A DNA stretch of 11,479 bases, from assembly GCA_018985225.1 (NCBI GenBank), contig JADGIF010000293.1:1-11479 (forward strand). The letters are read 5' to 3'. The stretch is from Amoeboradix gromovi X-113 (Eukaryota; Fungi; Sanchytriomycota). Position numbers and translations under genes: made by a program. This document shows, piece by piece, positions 8,292 to 11,479 of the stretch; within the stretch, counting starts at the first letter, position 1, and every line of letters begins with the position of its first letter. The notes under the pieces were generated by a model, which searched no databases, had not been told where the DNA came from, and saw nothing but the letters and a program-made list of their open reading frames with translations.

Positions 8292-9209
8292 TTAATGTTT
8301 TATTATAGTATTGAGTATTGGGTCAACTACATCTAATTGTCCGTCTGCTATCAAATATCCAACTGCTCCCAGGTAGGAATGCAGCGGATCTGGAAATTGT
8401 TGATTTGTTTTTCCAAATCCACCAAAAGCGCTCTGAGAGGAAGTCATGAAGTCCCTCATCTTACTCTTATTTATTAAATTGCCATAATTTAATATTTCTA
8501 GAGTGGCGCCAACCCAAAATGAGTAGCAGGTGTCGCTGGATTTATTAATTCTACCTTGAAACCCACCATCAGGTTGCTGTCTAGAAACTAGCCATCTCAC
8601 TAGTTTGAATCTGTCATGTGGCTCTTGTTTTAGGATTGCAAGACTAGCAACAGCGCAATATGAATAACCAGCATGAGGTTCCATGACTACGTCATTTATT
8701 GCATTACCATAAGCGCCTCGAATGTCTTGACATGAACGAATGTACTTTAATGCCCTTTTACCATGTTTAGATTGTATATTCGATATCTGAACTGTCAGAT
8801 CTGGTTTGATTAAATTAATGATTTCTAAAGATGCCAAACTACAATATATGAACCTCAAGTCGAATTGGGAATCGCATCTATTGAATTTGCCAAAGTGAAT
8901 ATCAATTTCATTCAGGAAATCAAGGTAAACATCATTACTAAGAGAAATGTTAGAATTATAAATTATAATAAGCTTGGAATAAATACTGCTAGTGCTGCTA
9001 CATTGTATCCAAGGATGAGGAAAAGCGTTACGGGTTATAAAATTGGTAAAGTCTATTTCAACCTCAGTTTTTTGAATTTGGTGAATTAAAGTATATAGGC
9101 TAGTCAGAAATTGAACAACCGTGGTATAACTATGAATGCCTCTTTGATAAGCATTTGGCATTAATTGAAAATGTTTTTTGCAATATTCTAATGTTTTTGA
9201 AAGGTCCAT
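8292..9209 (-). CDS. CDC43: Geranylgeranyltransferase type I beta subunit
   Basis: Prenyltransferase motifs DLRFIYC, EPHAGYSYCAVASL, GFQGRINKSSDTCYSFWVGATL and PDPLHSYLG. DTCYSFWVGATL fits the GGTase-I beta (PGGT1B) subtype. Confidence 0.9.
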   Translation of the reverse strand: MDLSKTLEYCKKHFQLMPNAYQRGIHSYTTVVQFLTSLYTLIHQIQKTEVEIDFTNFITRNAFPHPWIQCSSTSSIYSKLIIIYNSNISLSNDVYLDFLNEIDIHFGKFNRCDSQFDLRFIYCSLASLEIINLIKPDLTVQISNIQSKHGKRALKYIRSCQDIRGAYGNAINDVVMEPHAGYSYCAVASLAILKQEPHDRFKLVRWLVSRQQPDGGFQGRINKSSDTCYSFWVGATLEILNYGNLINKSKMRDFMTSSQSAFGGFGKTNQQFPDPLHSYLGAVGYLIADGQLDVVDPILNTIIKH

Positions 9210-9434
9210 AATAGAAACAAAGTTTTAAAAATATACAGAATGATTGTTTTCTTCAATAAATCATTTATTGCGAATTTGCATGCATTTTTGTATAATTTCA
9301 AGACTTCCGCTAGTATTTAGCTGACCGAGAGACGCTGCTTGATTATGCAATATATGCTAAATTGAAATGGAGAAACAATGCATTGCAGTCGCCTACCAAT
9401 TACTAAGCGGAATAAATTTTTTAGATATTTAGCT

Positions 9435-10714
9435 TTACTTTATGTTTTTGCATTTGAACTTTTCTACAAACCAGCCAGTTTTCGCACCATTAGACTCGAC
9501 GGGCGAAGGAATTCCTCCCTTCTTCCAGCATTCACCCTGCACGTATGTCCAACTAGCACATTTGATGTCCTTATAACAGTCCCTTATACATTGATCAAAA
9601 TCAGTTTTATAGTGATCATAATCACTTCCTTTGACATCAAAACCGTCCTTATAACTAACTTCTATGTTTATTTCATCGATGTTTACAATGATCTTATTGT
9701 TGAATGAAAAGCTGTTTTGGAACAGCCCATCTTTTGCCGCCAGCCCTTCAAATACGTCACCCAAGGTTGTCAAAGTATCTGCTCCTCTTTCTCTTTTGAT
9801 CTTTTGTTCCATCTCATATAAGAGCTGAATCTGGCTGGGAAATAAATGGTGAAAGCTAAGTAAATTTCAAAGTACGTGAATGGTTTCTCGCATGGATTGT
9901 GATAATTGTGTTTTTGCGGTGGATGCCCATGAAAGGAACCTTTGGATGCATCGTTGTCTACTAAGATGCCTTGGTCTCTCAAGCATAAACTTGTTCTAAT
10001 ATCCCCAGCCCAACAAGTATTGTACTTTGACAAGCATGTAGTAGTTCCGTCAACTAACTTTTGTAAAGATGCTTTGCTCATTACTATCCCAGAACCTCCA
10101 TGCGCAAAGCTTGGACCTTCACCAAATGCTTTAACATTGTCGCACCCAACAAACATGTTTGGTGAACCTAAATAGTACCTGCTTTCTGCATTCAATGTCT
10201 TTAAATGGGTTTCCAAATTATTTATAAAAAGATAGGTATCGTCATCTAGCATGACATGCCAGTCGCTGTATGGAAATAGTTGATGCATTAAATTAAATCC
10301 AGGAATATTTTTCCAAGCATCCAATTTCCAACCTTGTGTAGCTTCATCTGGTTTTTGCTCATCTTTGGTTATACTTCCAGAATGCCTGCTTTCTGGTAGC
10401 ACTAATCTTTTTTTTTCTAGTGGTAACATATCCTTTACATGGTAGTCCCCAATGGTTTCTTCATAATCACTGATGACCAGTGGATTTTGATTTTTCAAAA
10501 ATGTCAATAGTTGTATCGGTACTCTATCATATGCAGTTTCCACGCCGGTTTTCAAACATATACCTAGAATCTTTCTTGGGCCATCTTTTTTTGTTGATAC
10601 TTCTATATTTTTCTCAAAGTCTAGTGATATTTGGCAAGGCATATGTATTATTGCTGTAATCATAAAACAAATTAATCCTCTTTTACTTAATATTGAGCTG
10701 GAAATACTCTTCAT
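9435..10714 (-). CDS. GT31 Fringe/core-1 beta-1,3-galactosyltransferase-like protein with a C-terminal PAN/apple-like domain (exons 10714-9876 and 9855-9435, ~419 aa)
   Basis: Type II anchor; motifs GWKLDAWKNIPG, DWHVMLDDDTY (DxD), FAHGGSGIVMS, WAGD...CL and spliced PFTFHHL. The C-terminal DVKGSD...C...C....C.SWTY..G.CW.K resembles PAN_4. First ATG at 10714; the ORF-track start 10765 is TTG. Confidence 0.88.
9856..9875 (-). other. 20-nt GT-AG spliceosomal intron
   Basis: gtactttgaaatttacttag. Removal gives PCEKPFTFHHLFPSQIQLLYEMEQ, restoring the conserved FHH motif and joining the two ORFs in frame. Confidence 0.87.
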
Positions 10715-10757
10715 TTTTGAAACTTTATGAAGAGGCTCAAATTCGGCATTTTTAGGA

Positions 10758-10994
10758 CTATTCAAATTTGTTCAAGAAAGAAAATCTCATCACTCGCCCA
10801 TTACGCTTATGATAGTTAAAGCATGCCAGTACATTCCATTCGTTTTCATGGCTTGAGTAGATTTCTTTAAAATTTAAGGTAATCCACTTACTTATTTTAT
10901 CGATCCACCTGGCTAAAAGTCTTAGTCTCATATAAATCATAAATTTCTGAAGAGAACATGAAAAGCTAGTTGCTTTGCTACAGTGCTTGCTCAC
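10758..10994 (-). mobile_element. Possible decayed TnpB/Fanzor2-like internal fragment (helix to RuvC-II region)
   Basis: IYMRLRLLARWIDKISKWITLNFKEIY resembles the TnpB R-I-x-N...H-K-I-S-x-W-I-x-x-N-Y-x-x-I segment; RVMRFSFLNKFE resembles the following R.M..LS..KF helix. No ATG start; resemblance only. Confidence 0.35.
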
Positions 10995-11305
10995 TCTGCG
11001 ACTCTAGGACCAAATAAATAAGAATACATATATTTCAAGTATGTTTTCTTGCCATAAAGCGTCTATCTAGTTCTTAGTGACAACTGGTGATTTAACACTT
11101 GAACATTCTGGCTGAGATGATTCGGAGCAATTGCCAAAGATGTGATAAAACACATAATAATGCTTTTTCTCAGCCGAGAAATTTTAGTAAGAAGTAGTAT
11201 ACAGTTAAACTTTTTTTAATCTCGATAAGTCTTTTATTCAATGAAAATCGATTACTGCACAATAAAATCATTTCAAATGCTCCTTGAATCTTATGAGACA
11301 TACAA

Positions 11306-11479
11306 TCAGAAACTAACCCTATCATGAATAGGGGGTTCGATTGATGTACATAATGGGTATCCCGAAGGTGTTGTTGCTTCAAAGTCTAATTCTTGCCATT
11401 CTGGTTTTTCATAGGTTCTACAATAACTTTTAACAACTTGTTCTATTTTTATAGAGGCATTCACATCTCTATCAACTAC
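11306..11479 (-). CDS. Fanzor/TnpB-family RNA-guided nuclease, C-terminus (gene enters from the right edge)
   Basis: Open minus frame from the window edge, not in the ORF track: VVDRDVNASIKIEQVVKSYCRTYEKPEWQELDFEATTPSGYPLCTSIEPPIHDRVSF*(TGA 11306-11308). DRDVNAS.KI is the RuvC-III motif with the catalytic Asp intact. The following VVKSY.....KP tail resembles Fanzor1 C-termini. Confidence 0.75.
   Translation of the reverse strand, partial: VVDRDVNASIKIEQVVKSYCRTYEKPEWQELDFEATTPSGYPLCTSIEPPIHDRVSF

Noticed and set aside
8865-10175. Plus-strand ORFs 8865-9089, 9378-9707 and 9942-10175
   Set aside because: Antisense shadows of the GGTase and GT31 genes.
11170-11382. 70-aa minus ORF from the ORF track
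   Set aside because: Non-ATG start and out of frame with the overlapping Fanzor-like C-terminus; no recognisable features.

Overview
AT-rich, gene-dense eukaryotic nuclear DNA, plausibly an early-diverging fungus or relative (inference from gene content and tiny GT-AG introns). Host genes: spermidine synthase (1-nt frameshift), geranylgeranyltransferase type I beta, a GT31/Fringe-like glycosyltransferase with a C-terminal PAN/apple-like module (20-nt intron), a ROCK/MRCK-family kinase (19-nt intron) truncated by a ~1.06 kb block of higher GC and unknown origin, an orphan 3' fragment of V-ATPase subunit c, a disrupted multi-pass membrane protein gene and an orphan membrane protein. The main signal, mostly absent from the ORF track, is a cluster of TnpB/Fanzor (OMEGA RNA-guided nuclease)-like sequences: a C-terminus with the RuvC-III motif DRDVNASIKI entering from the right edge, a Fanzor1-like central segment with a decayed RuvC-I running off the left edge, two diverged copies of a decayed TnpB/Fanzor2-like 3' end, and possibly one more relic. 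All family assignments are by-eye motif recognition; no database search was run.
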